DNA of 64,000 bases from Octopus vulgaris (Eukaryota). The stretch covers positions 61,752,001-61,816,000 of the forward strand of contig OX597827.1 of NCBI GenBank assembly GCA_951406725.2, in the 5' to 3' direction. Below, one piece after another: positions 51,783-63,050 of this stretch (within the stretch, counting starts at the first letter, position 1; every line of letters starts with the position of its first letter). Under the pieces are notes generated by a model, which saw only the letters and a program-made list of their open reading frames with translations, searched no databases and was not told the DNA's origin. Both the position numbers and the translations under genes were made by a program.

Positions 51783-52705
51783 ATTCATATAACTTATATA
51801 TATTAGCGCTTTCGTCCATTCTTGTGGATTTTTCAAATTGCGTCCATTCTGGTGGATTTTTCAAATTGAACTAAGTTCCTGTGGAAAAAATTTGACCATT
51901 TTATAGTGTTATTGAGTGTGTAGTGGTGGGGAGGGATATAAGATAGTACAAGAGGGTGATGAATGGGGAGAAAGTGAGAGAGAGAGAGAGCGTGTGTGTG
52001 TGTTTTTGTATCTGAAATTAGTGTTATATATATAATCTGTTATCTTTGCGTGCGCGCATTTGCATACTTTCTTTCTTTCTCTCTCTTACACACTCTCTCA
52101 CACCCCCACTCACTAATTATACGTTTTCCTCTTGTTCTCTTTCTCCCCCCCCCCCCTCCACACTTTCTATTTGCGAAGAAATAAACTTGTTGAAGTCAAT
52201 GTTATAAATTTTGAAGAACTTCGTCTCTCGGAAATTTATTAACGAAGAAAAAAGCCTTTTCTTTTTGTTTTTTCCAAGATGTGTTTTTTAAATCCCCCCC
52301 CCCCCAAAAAAAGCGAAATTTTAAAAGGTATTTTGTTCCAGGTTTCATTAAATAGTAGGTTTTGTCGTGATGTTCTTGTGTGTGTGTGTGTGTTTAAAGT
52401 GTGTACAGTATTAGACGACATTTTAAAGAGTATCGATTTCCCATATTGGGCTGACATTTATTAAAGGAAAAGAAAAAAAATTGGATTCTATGACGTTCTG
52501 ATATTCCTGGAATTTTTCAGCAGGTGGGCTTTTGCGATGTAAATGAAATGCATTCGATTTCAGTGAGTGTATTTTTACCGTTTTTTTTTTGTCACCGCAA
52601 TTTACCTTAACTTATAGTAAGCTTTCCATATCTGTGGAGTGAAGTGAATTCTGCTAAGTACGGAAACAGAAACAATTTAAATTGTAAAGAGGATAATCAA
52701 ATTGG

Positions 52706-53126
52706 GGCAATCTTTCGTCTCTAGTAGACCTTTCCGTCGATTTCCGTAAAAAATTTTTTTTTTTTTACATATGGGCTTGCGGGAACTTTTGAAGTAATGA
52801 GAGCGAAAGAGACTAAGAAAAAGCGATTGTATGACGAGGGAAGTTCTTTTGAAGTTACCGTGCATGGGAAGCATTGATGTACATGTGTGTGTGTTTGATG
52901 GGGTGTGGGAGACAGACAGTATGTTGTGTAAGTGAAGTGCTTCTGTTAGTGTGTGTGAAGAGACAGAGTAATGTGTGAAAGAAAGAGATAACTGAAATTT
53001 TTTACTCGGTGTATGTGTATATGTATGTATATATTACTTCAAAAGTTCCTGCAAGCCCATATGTAAAAAAAAAAAAAAAATTTTACGGAAATCGACGGAA
53101 AGGTCTACTAGAGACGAAAGATCGCC
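52706..53126. mobile_element. Merlin-like MITE with ~90-bp TIRs, copy 1
   Basis: GGCAATCTTTCGTCTCTAGTAGACCTTTCCGTCGATTTCCGTAAAA...GGAACTTTTGAAGTAAT is inverted at the other end. No recognisable TSD. Confidence 0.88.
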
Positions 53127-53394
53127 GATTTATATTCGTAGTCTTCAGAAAAACAAAAAGAAAAAAAAAACGAGGTTTACAGTGAGATTTACAAGTTCGA
53201 CTATTGACTATGCCGTCTTTTCTAAATCTTGGTTTTATGTATATTATAGAGCAAATTTTAGAATGAAAAAAGAAAAAAAAAATTGTGACGCGTCTTTAAT
53301 CGGAGAAAGGAAATCGTATTCAGATGTTGATCTTATTCGATCACTGCCTTAGTCTATACTGTTGCCAATGGAATGGAATATAATATAATATATA

Positions 53395-53785
53395 GGCGCA
53401 GGAGTGGCTGTGTGGTAAGTAGCTTGTTTACCAACCACATGGTTCCGGGTTCTGTCCCACTTGGGCAAGTGTCTTCTACTATAGCCTCGGGCCGACCAAA
53501 GCCTTGTGAGTGGATTTGGTAGACGGGAACTGAAAGAAGCCCGTCGTATATATGTATATATATATATGTGTGTGTGTGTGTTTGTGTGTCTGTGTTTGTC
53601 CCCCTAGCATTGCTTGACAACCGATGCTGGTGTGTTTATGTCCCCGTTACTTATCGGTTCGGCAAAAGATACCGATAGAATAAGTACTGGGCTTACAAAA
53701 AAAAAAGTCCCGGGGTCGAGTTGCTCGATTGAAGGCGGTGCTCCAGCATGGCCGCAGTCAAATGACTGAAACAAGTAAAAGAGTA
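53395..53785 (+). mobile_element. SINE family A
   Basis: Full-length match to family A. Confidence 0.9.
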
Positions 53786-53903
53786 AAAAAAAAAAAGTAT
53801 AATATTTCAGTACATTCGAACAAAATAAAAATAAGGAATATAACAACGAATACTCCTTCCCAGAGTATAAAAATGAACACATTGAAATTATTAGGAAAAG
53901 GAT

Positions 53904-53992
53904 AGAACCCTTGTCCGGAATGTTAGAATTAGCATTTCAGAACACACTAGTGTGTTCTGAAATGCTAAGTCTAACATTCCGGACAGGGCTCT
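53904..53992. repeat. Near-perfect zero-loop palindrome, ~44-bp arms
   Basis: TGTCCGGAATGTTAGAATTAGCATTTCAGAACACACT|AGTGTGTTCTGAAATGCTAAGTCTAACATTCCGGACA, centred at 53948/53949. Confidence 0.95.
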
Positions 53993-54194
53993 TTGGTGAA
54001 TGAGAAGGCGTGTGGCAATCTGCTCTAAATATTATCTAATAGCACTGCTTGTTTCCCAAAGTTAGAAATCACTTCATGACAAGCTAACATTTTTTGCCAC
54101 ATTATAAAAAGAAAGAAATCTTTATAAAACTGATTTTGACAACTCAAAAGCTCACACTGCTTACAACTCGTCAAACTATATTGTTTGACCGGTT

Positions 54195-54623
54195 GGCAAT
54201 CTTTCGTCTCTAGTAGACCTTTCCGTCGATTTCCGTAAAAAAATTTTTTTTTTCTTTTCACATATGGGCTTGCGGGAACTTTTCAAGTAATGAGAGCGAA
54301 AGAGACTAAGAGAAAGCGATTGTATGACGAGGGAAGTTCTTTTGAAGTTACCGTGCATGTGAAGCATTGATGTACATGTGTGTGCGTGTGTGTGTTTGAT
54401 GGGGTGTGAGAGACAGACAGTATGTTGTGTAAGTGAAGTGCTTCTGTTAGTGTGTGTGAAGAGACAGAGTAATGTGTGAAAGAAAGAGATAACTGAAATT
54501 TTTTACTCGGTGTATGTTTATATGTATGTATATTACTTCAAAAGTTCCCGCAAGCCCATATTTAAAAAAAAAAAAGTTTTTACGGAAATCGACGGAAAGG
54601 TCTACTAGAGACGAAAGATCGCC
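54195..54623. mobile_element. Merlin-like MITE with ~90-bp TIRs, copy 2
   Basis: Near-identical to 52706-53126 in the same orientation. 8-bp TSD GACCGGTT at 54187-54194 and 54624-54631. Confidence 0.9.
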
Positions 54624-55034
54624 GACCGGTTTTTTTTTTTACTTTACTAAAATATCAGGAATTGAATCAACTTTGGTGCATGCTTTGTTGAAACTCGTAG
54701 ACAGCCAACCCCGGCAGGATTTGAACTGGTAACATTGAGACGCAATTAAAAGGTATATCTATACAAATGTTTCTCATAACTTTCAGAAAATTTGGTATCT
54801 TTTTTAAATGAAAATTTCTACAAACATTTTTTCAGGTCGTGCAGATTTCGATTATATCTAAATTTGGCGTAACTTCGGTATAGGTACCGGAAGTACCGGA
54901 TACATTTCAAGAAAGTGTTTATATATATATATATACCGGAGTAAACACATAAATGTGAAACAAGGTGGGAAAAAGAGTACTCAAATACCAGTGGTAGAGT
55001 AATATGCTTTATTTTAAGCAGCAGAAAATTCAAC

Positions 55035-55081
55035 AAAATCTGTTACCCTGAGTTTCTCGTTGCCGTTCATCAGACAGTTTT
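55035..55081 (-). ncRNA. Minimal type I hammerhead ribozyme (minus-strand arm)
   Basis: Minus strand reads CTGT CTGATGA ACGGCAACGA GAAA CTC A GGG TA ACAG; stem III has one U-G wobble. Confidence 0.75.
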
Positions 55082-55089
55082 TTCTAGCA

Positions 55090-55136
55090 AAAACTGTCTG
55101 ATGAACGGCAACGAGAAACTCAGAGTAACAGATTTT
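55090..55136 (+). ncRNA. Minimal type I hammerhead ribozyme (plus-strand arm)
   Basis: CTGT (55094-97), CTGATGA (55098-104), ACGGCAACGA, GAAA (55115-118), CTC A GAG, TA (cleavage after 55127), ACAG. Confidence 0.82.
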
Positions 55137-55165
55137 GTTGAATTTTCTGCTGCTTAAAATAAAGT

Positions 55166-55213
<48 letters not shown>

Positions 55214-58200
55214 GTGGGGGGGTTAGGGGGTGAGAGAAAAGGGTTTCTGTTATCTTCAGAAACAAAGCCACTTCCGGTACTTACGGTACCTATACCGAAG
55301 GATCGCCCTAAATTTAATGCGGGGGAGGAAAATCCGGAAAATCTAGTGGTCGCGCACACATACATACTTAAAGAAAAAAAAAATTGATGTGTGTGCGCGC
55401 CCTACCATCTTTGTGGGATTCTCCCCCTCTATATAATCGGAATCTATACCATCTGAATGGTATTTGTAGAAAATTTCATTAAAAAAAAAACACGATTTTC
55501 TGAAAGTCATGCGAAAACAAATGGGGGCACACTTGTGTAAGTATGCCAATACTTAGTTCCGTATAGCGTTTCTGTCGTTCATCAAAGCACGCAATAACAT
55601 TTTTTTGTCGGTTTTGTCCATCCATAGTTTTAATAGTGCGTGAAGCAAAGAAAAGCTGTGTTAGAGAATCGCCTGAGATTAGATTTCATTGTAAAAACAA
55701 AAAGACACGGAGCCCCGATGGATCTCTTCATCAGTAAGTAGCCTTCGATAGGTTCTTAACGTACGTTATTTTTTAAAAAAACCTGCTTTCTTGTAAAGCA
55801 ATGTTCTTTAGGAAAAAGGAAAAAGGAAGTTAATTTGAAGAAAACGCTGGAATTTGTTTTAAAAAGGCGGTAGTTTCAAAAGTTGGGAAAAGCACGCGTG
55901 ATTATTTCTTTTGTTTTCTGTTTTTGTTTTCTCGAGAAAGATGGAAAGAGCTGCGAATGCTTGTATATATTTTTTTATCTTGTTTCAGTCATTGGACAGC
56001 GGTCTTGCCGGGGGAAGCGCATTGTAAAAGTTTAATCGAACAAATCAATCGATCCCAGTAATTTTTCTTAAAACATCCGGGTTACTTATTCTTTTGCCGA
56101 ACTGCTAAGTTACTCGGACGAAAACAAAGCAACACCAGTTTGTAAAGCAGTGACCGGGGGGAGAAACACACGGGGCTTCTAGTTTCCGTCTAGCAAATCC
56201 ATAGACAAAGCATTTAGTCGGCCCGGGACTCTTGCACAAGGTGCCGCCACGCAGTGGAGGTGAACCCGGAACCATGTGATTGGGACGCAGATTTCTTACC
56301 ACACAACTAACGTTGATCTCTTTTGTTTTGTCAAATCGATCCGGCCGCATCTGTTTCGTTACCAGGTAGGGATTGCAGAGATTGAACTATGAGGGAAGGT
56401 GAGGGCGGAAGGATCTTGTTAATTGAATGGCTGTTCACTGTGTATTATTTAGAATAGAAATTAGTCCTGATTATTGGATGATGGTGATGGAAGTGTACCG
56501 TTGGGGTTACAAACGGAACACACACAGACTGATAAAATGCAGGTTTTTTCCCTACCGCTGCTGCTACTATCACTACAAATACTAACAATAACGTTGCGAA
56601 CATTATTATTATTATTTAACGTTTAGGAACGCTACACATTTCTTAATTTTATTTCTAATTTTTTTATTAACTTTTGTGTTATGATAGTCCCTAACTATTG
56701 TTGCAGTGTTTTCGGGAAAGGCATCATCAACATCACTGAATTTACTTTTTTTCTTCTTCTGAACATTTTTGAAACTTTAATACTTGTGTAAAGAAAAGAA
56801 AAGAAAAAAAAAAATCTGTGCTTTAAATGTATTGTAAATAAATTTAGAGTTATCGTAAAAGGTGGTTAAGATTCCTAGGTTAACCAAATCTGCAAGGCAG
56901 GTTCGATGTTTGGTTGAGATGCAGACAGGGCTGAACAGTTTTGGGAGTTCGCTTGGCAACTTCGTAGTCACGGGTTCGATCACGTTATATGGTACCGCAG
57001 GCAATATGTTTTGGTAGACTGTTGATTGGTGCTCACCCATCCCTGTTAGTTTTTTTTTTCCTCCGTAACTGTCTAAAAATGAATTTTAACGAAATTTTTG
57101 TCGAGATTAGTTTTCGACAGCGTATATTATGAAATGTCGAGGTTTTACACAAATATCGAAGGAAAAAAGGTTAAAAAAAAATAATAATAAAATTACGGAA
57201 ATTGATTATAAAAGTCGAAGTGGGAAGATGAAAGCAGCATTAATTATCTTAGGTCGTTCAATTCCCCTCAATTGATCAATAGAGTAAACTTATCAGTAAC
57301 AAATCTATAGTGGCTACTGAAAACATCTGTAAGCTAAATTTGTTCCAGTAAAGGGAAAATATGTAATGAGTATTATTTTAAACTTGTTTCTTATCCATCC
57401 ATCCATCCATCTATCTATCTAAAATAAATCCGTTTCTTTCGGGATTTTCCCATATTTGATAGTTTTCCATTTTTGAAAACATTAAGAAAGTGAAAAAGCG
57501 TGGAAAAATTCAGATTTTTATTCCGAAAGTCCGCTGTCCGTCTATATATGTTTACCGGTGTGAAAAAAACAAAAGCGTTGTCCAGAAGCCTAATTTGGTC
57601 TTTCGATAACAGATATCAAGGCAAATAATAGGGTCGATATGATGAATTAAAATCACTTGAATGTGTTGTCCTCTGTATTGACCGCAGTCCAATGATTGGA
57701 ACCAGTGAAACAAATACTGTGCATAGAAGCAAAATCTTCGACGTTCTTCCCGTAATTAACCTTTAAAAAAGTTGCAGTATTAGGGAAAATAATAGAGAAG
57801 ATTCGCAGATAGTCTGTCGAGAGTTTAGTTTTTAAATTTATTTATTTTTTTAATGATTAGTTGAGATGACTTCTCTGTCTCTTATTCCAGTCATTGAACT
57901 GCAGCTATGCACCACTGTGAATGACAAATCGACCCTAGTACTTATTTTAAAGCCTGGTATCAATTCTGTCGGACTCTTTTTGTCGAGCCACTACGTTACG
58001 GAACCGCAAACAAACCAACATTAGTTATCAAGTAGTGGTGGGGACAAACGCATACGTAGATACCTACGTACGAACGACTCTATCTACCAAATTCACAATG
58101 CATTATTCGGTCTGAGACTTTATTAAAGGACACTTGCGCAACCAAGGTGCCTCGTAGTGAGACTGAACCCGGAACTATGTGATTGAAATTCGAGCTTCTT

Positions 58201-59103
58201 AACCCCACAACCATCTAGGAATTCCAAATATATTCCTAAATTCATAACTCGTATTGAAACAGTTTACACAATGCAATTTTGTGTTTTATATATATTTAAT
58301 GCCAATGAGCCATTGCACTTCTGACAGTAAGACACAACAAGAAGCTTCATTCGTATCATACTGGTCGTTATTATATTACGTTCTTTGTTTTTGTTCTTTT
58401 TCGGTTTTCTCGTCGGTATTTCAATTAAAAGGTGGTAAAGATCGATGGATACTCAAGAAAAATTTTTTTATATGTAGACGTGGTTGTGTGCTTAAAGAAG
58501 CTTGCTTCCCAACTATGTAAGTCTTGGGTTCAGCCCTACTGCGTAACCCCACGGGCAAGCATTTTCTGCTATAGCCCTGAGCCGACCAAAGCCTTGTGAG
58601 TTGATTTGGAAGATAGAAATTGAAAGAAAGTCATATTTTCCTCCTTCACCGCTTGACAACCGGTCCTAGTTTATTAGTTTGTTTACGTCCCCGTAACATA
58701 ACGGTTCGGAAACAAGTGACCGATTGAATGTGTATCAGGCTTAAAAAATAAGTACAAAGGTCGATTTGTTTGACTAAAACCCTACAAGGTCGCTGAAAGA
58801 AGTAAAAGATAAAAGATTATATGACGTTTTCCATCTCTCAAATTCCACTGACAAGATAATTAGTCAACACGAGCTGACTCTCGAAAGCGCTGCGCAGCCG
58901 GATCGAACCCAGAGTACATTGTTCCTGGTTCGATTCTACTGAAATGCATAACCATGCCTGCGTTTTACCGGAAACATGCTTGTGATTTCCCTCTGATCCG
59001 ACAATATATATTGCACTTAGTATACATGGTGTTATGTATAACTTGAGAATCTGCGTGGTACACTATGTAACTCCAATACCATACGTGCACAATGTATACT
59101 TTC

Positions 59104-59306
59104 TCTCTTTTACTTGTTTCAGTCATTTGGACTGCGGCCATGCTGGAGCACCGCCTTTAGTCGAGCAGATCGACCCGGGACTTATTCTTTTGTAAGCCCA
59201 GTACTTATTCTATCGGTCTCTTTTGCCGAACCGCTAAGTGACGGGGACGTAAACACACCAGCATCGGTTGTCAGGCAATGCTAGAGGGACAAACACAGAC
59301 ACACAA

Positions 59307-59339
<33 letters not shown>

Positions 59340-59501
59340 CGACAGGCTTCTTTCAGTTTCCGTCTACCAAATCCACTCACAAGGCATTGGTCGGCCCGGG
59401 GCTATAGCAGAAGACACTTGCCCAAGATGCCACGCAGTGGACTGAACCCGGAACCATGTGGTTGGTTAGCAAGCTACTTACCACACAGCCACTCCTACGC
59501 C
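59104..59501 (-). mobile_element. SINE family A, young CpG-intact copy
   Basis: Full-length match on the minus strand. Confidence 0.9.
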
Positions 59502-61884
59502 TGGGGACTGGCATCACTTTATCACACGCGTGTAATGTATGTATGCATTTGGCATGGATAGTCTGTGCGTGGTGATTCTATTTTGACGAACCTTGGAAAA
59601 AAAAATCAATAAAAAATGTCCAGTAACAAATAAGTTGTAGCTGCTGTGAGTAGCTTTTAGTTTAGGAAAAGACAGCAGTATAATGAATATATAACTGTTA
59701 AGATTAATTAAGACGAATCATAGATGTGGTAACAATTTTCTTTTGTTTTGTCTATTTGGTCTGTCTCTGTCTCCTGATGTAGTTTTTTTAAACTCTGTTT
59801 TCTCTCAGCTGTTTTGGCGTAAGAAGATAACGAAATTATTTGAATGCATTATTTGAAAATAGGGTTTAATTTTAGATTTATTCATTTTTTTTTAAAGATT
59901 AAAAGAAAATCTGGGTCAGTTTTGACCATAACGGACATTCGAATTGTTACTATCCTGTCTTTTCTCCGGACGGTGGTTTCTTCTGTTTTTAAGACCTGTA
60001 TGATCTGTTTCGAGAGAAATTTGGTTGCTATTTCTAACAGGTTGCGTAATCACGAACAGTTTACCCCTCCCCGTGTTTGCTTGCATTTTACAAATGCTGT
60101 TTCCTCCCAAGTCGGCTCTGATGAGACAGCTGTTATGGTCAAAAGCATTTCAGTTAGGATTATCTGGCCTTTTATATATCCTGTACCGTATTGTCCGATA
60201 CGTCCTCTTATTTTAAGATAGGTAAATTTCGAGCGAAATTTATCTGCTTTTTCTAACAGGTCGAGTAATAGGCTTCCTTATATTATAAAGTCCAGATCAG
60301 CCCTGAATGAGCAAAGGTTGCAACCATGAACATCCCGTTTTAATGTCAGAGATAGTGTAAGACTGCATAATTCTTCGTGTTCTTCCCTTTCTAAGACGTA
60401 GGGCGTAGTTTGGGGACTTTATTTGCTACTTGTACGTGTTGTACTTCTGTGAGATGTAATAAGTTTTCAAACTGTGATAGCATTAAATTTTCTAAGCTCA
60501 GCTTTCTCCCCCACCCCAGTTTCTTGCTGAGTTTTGGAATCGTTCTCACTTCATCGTGGGAAGAAGAAAAAGCAAAAAAAATGGGTATGTTACTCCCCAC
60601 CCATTTTCCAGCATTTCGGTTTCTTCTCATATAACAGGAATTAATATTTTGAAAGAATTTTTTTCTTTTTTTTTACATTTTTGGCCTCCACCTCAATTTC
60701 GTGTCCTTTCCCTTCTCCACGAGAGAGTGATAGCTATTTCAAAACTCTGACCCTGTTTTTGTGTTGAATTTCAAAGATTCTCAATTTTTTTTTACTTGCA
60801 ATATAAAGACAAAATATTTTGACACATTTTGCGTATACTGGAATAATAAGAAAACAAAGGTGTTTTGTCTTTTATTGGTTCTAGTCATTTAACTACAGGA
60901 CATAGTCGCTTGGACATCTTGAAGGGTTTAACCGATAAAATTTTAAGTTTATTGTAAATGGTAAATTTTGGGGACATAAACAAACTGACACCTTTGTCAC
61001 GCGGCAATTAATACATTTTAGATAATTAATATATGTAAGCTAATAAATGTAATTTAAACCGCTGAAAATTATTTACTTATTCTGTAAATGAAATATAGTT
61101 AATATGGTTTTATATTTCGAATTTAATATTTTGTTTTCACTCATTTTAAATACAATTAAAGCGTCTGGCGACATTTTGCGGGTTACACCGTTTGGGAACC
61201 CCTGTCGTATTTCGTTTGTTTTTCTCTATTGTACAATTTCATGCTTTTCATTGATAACAAATAAATTATACCCAGATCAGTGTATCAGTCTTTCGTATTA
61301 ACACGCAGAAACGTAAAACTTGATCATATGATGGTTCGTTAATCTCCGTAAAGAAATTTTATTTATTTACTTTTGTTTTCATGACGTATGGAAGGTGACA
61401 TTTGCTTTGAAGTGAGAGCAGAAGGGGGAAGATGTATGTATGTGTATATGTAAGATAGTGGGTGTGTACGCGCTCGCTCGCTGTGTGTTTGTAGTCAGTC
61501 ATAAACACACGTACACCCATTATCTTTGATATACACGTATATACATAAATACATATACATGCATCTTTTTTGTATGTGTGTATGCGTGAGAGAGAGAGAC
61601 AAAGTGAAGGTGTGTGTTCTCATGTATGTCTAAATGACCAGGGTTCGTTCTTACCCGCTTCATTTCCTTCACGAAACAAGGGCAGAAGTTTAAACTCTTC
61701 AGCATCATAAATTTCCCTGAGCTAAATAAAACTGTCCGACACTTTATCTGTACTTGCTTAATCTAGAGCGTAGAATTCACATACGCATAAGTACACGCAC
61801 AAACATATATACTTACACAATTTTGTGTATGTATGTATTCTCTTATGTTTCTGCCCTAAGGCTGTGGCCATGCTGGGGCACCGC

Positions 61885-63050
61885 CAGTGTAATCACCTTT
61901 CAAATGGCCAATCCTAGGTGATTGGCTTTTGGTGAAGGAAGATCTGGGATCTTGGATAGCAAGAGGTCAAGTTGTTTCCTGAAAACATCTACACCCACTT
62001 CATGGATAGACCTGAGATGTTTTGGCAAAGCATTAAATAGCTGTGGATCCTTGAATCCCAGGCTATGATCCTCACCTTAGATGGGACAGCTGGGACCTTT
62101 GGAACAGTGTAGAGACATCCAATTTGGGGTCTCGTATAACTCTTGATTCCAAAGTTTGGTGCCAGTCCCTCCAGTATCTTCCAAATATATCCCAGCATAC
62201 TTCTCCCATCTTTGTTCCAGAGAGTAGTTGTAGCTCTTTTAGTCTCTCCCAGTGGCTCAGCTGTTCCACTGATGCAATCTTACTTGTGTAATATCGCTGA
62301 ACCACCTCGAGTTCCACTATTAATCTGAAACTGTAGGGGGACCACAGTTGAGAGCAGTAGTTGAGATGGCTGAGGACAAATGTCTTCCATAGGACCAGCA
62401 TAGTTTCTGGTTAGTGACATACATATTGCTTGATTAGATGTCACTAAGTCTCTCAGGTACTGTGTTTTGTGTTGGGACATTACTCGGCCCCTGATGTCCA
62501 GCAAGAATACTGGTGTGACATGTAGGGTGTCTGTAGTGGTCACTGGTCTGGCATGTGCAGAAGTGTCAGAGGTGGTCGTGACTACTGGTATGTGTTCCTC
62601 ACACAGGATGTCTGGTGAAGCCAGGTCAGCTGATTACAATCTTCTGTGCAACCTCCAAAACAGCCTGTTGTTCAGCAGCTGCTGTCTGTACTGCATCTGC
62701 AGTTTGTTTCCACTGCATCCACAGTTTGTTTCCTCCTGGGTGGTGGTATTGTATCTTGTGACCTGACTGTGTCGTTGGAGGCTGTTCTTCCTGGTCTTTG
62801 GGGAAGTGGAATGAGTACTGCTCACATGGGATTTGGGATGAGCAAATCTGCAACCTATCCCAATGTTACCCTGCCAGCAGGTACTCTTTACATAGAACTT
62901 GCAGACTGGTTTGGTTTCCTTTTTACCAGAGCTATTGCCATTACAGGTTCTATTTCATATTCCTTGTGAATCCACCTTTGGCCCATATCCATTCTCAGCT
63001 TGCTGATCTACTAGTGTGTGTGGGAAATTTATTTTGCTTAAACTTCTGGT
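61885..63050 (-). mobile_element. Internally deleted CR1-clade LINE: ORF1-like CCCH zinc finger plus ORF2 C-terminus
   Basis: LWKTFVLSHLNYCSQLWSP..LEVVQRYYTSKI..SHWERLKELQL and YIWKILEGLAPNFGI (same family as 5308-8080). Upstream on the same strand is CKFYVKSTCWQGNIGIGCRFAH at 62903-62838. Confidence 0.75.

Larger units (their letters stand above)
54936..55164. mobile_element. Penelope-like inverted terminal repeat (palindrome 55007-55164, ~75-bp arms) inserted in (TA)n
   Basis: Inverted arms around CTAG at ~55085, each with a hammerhead motif, flanked by TA microsatellite. Confidence 0.75.
54866..55307. mobile_element. Merlin-like MITE carrying a nested Penelope-like palindrome
   Basis: 35-bp TIRs GGCGTAACTTCGGTATAGGTACCGGAAGTACCGGA / GGCGATCCTTCGGTATAGGTACCGTAAGTACCGGA. 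8-bp TSD CTAAATTT at 54858-54865 and 55308-55315. Confidence 0.88.

Noticed and set aside
55510-55739. ATG-to-GTAAGT mini-exons (MRKQMGAHL, MDLFI), and similarly 19217-19223
   Set aside because: These are phase 1 and have no other support. They are recorded as counterexamples showing that such mini-exons arise readily by chance.
60112-60156. CTGATGA-GAC..GTC-AAAA hammerhead-like motif
   Set aside because: The essential G of GAAA is missing, stems are weak, and the sequence aligns with the old dispersed repeat family (GTCAGCCCTGAT...TATGATCAAA..CATT).
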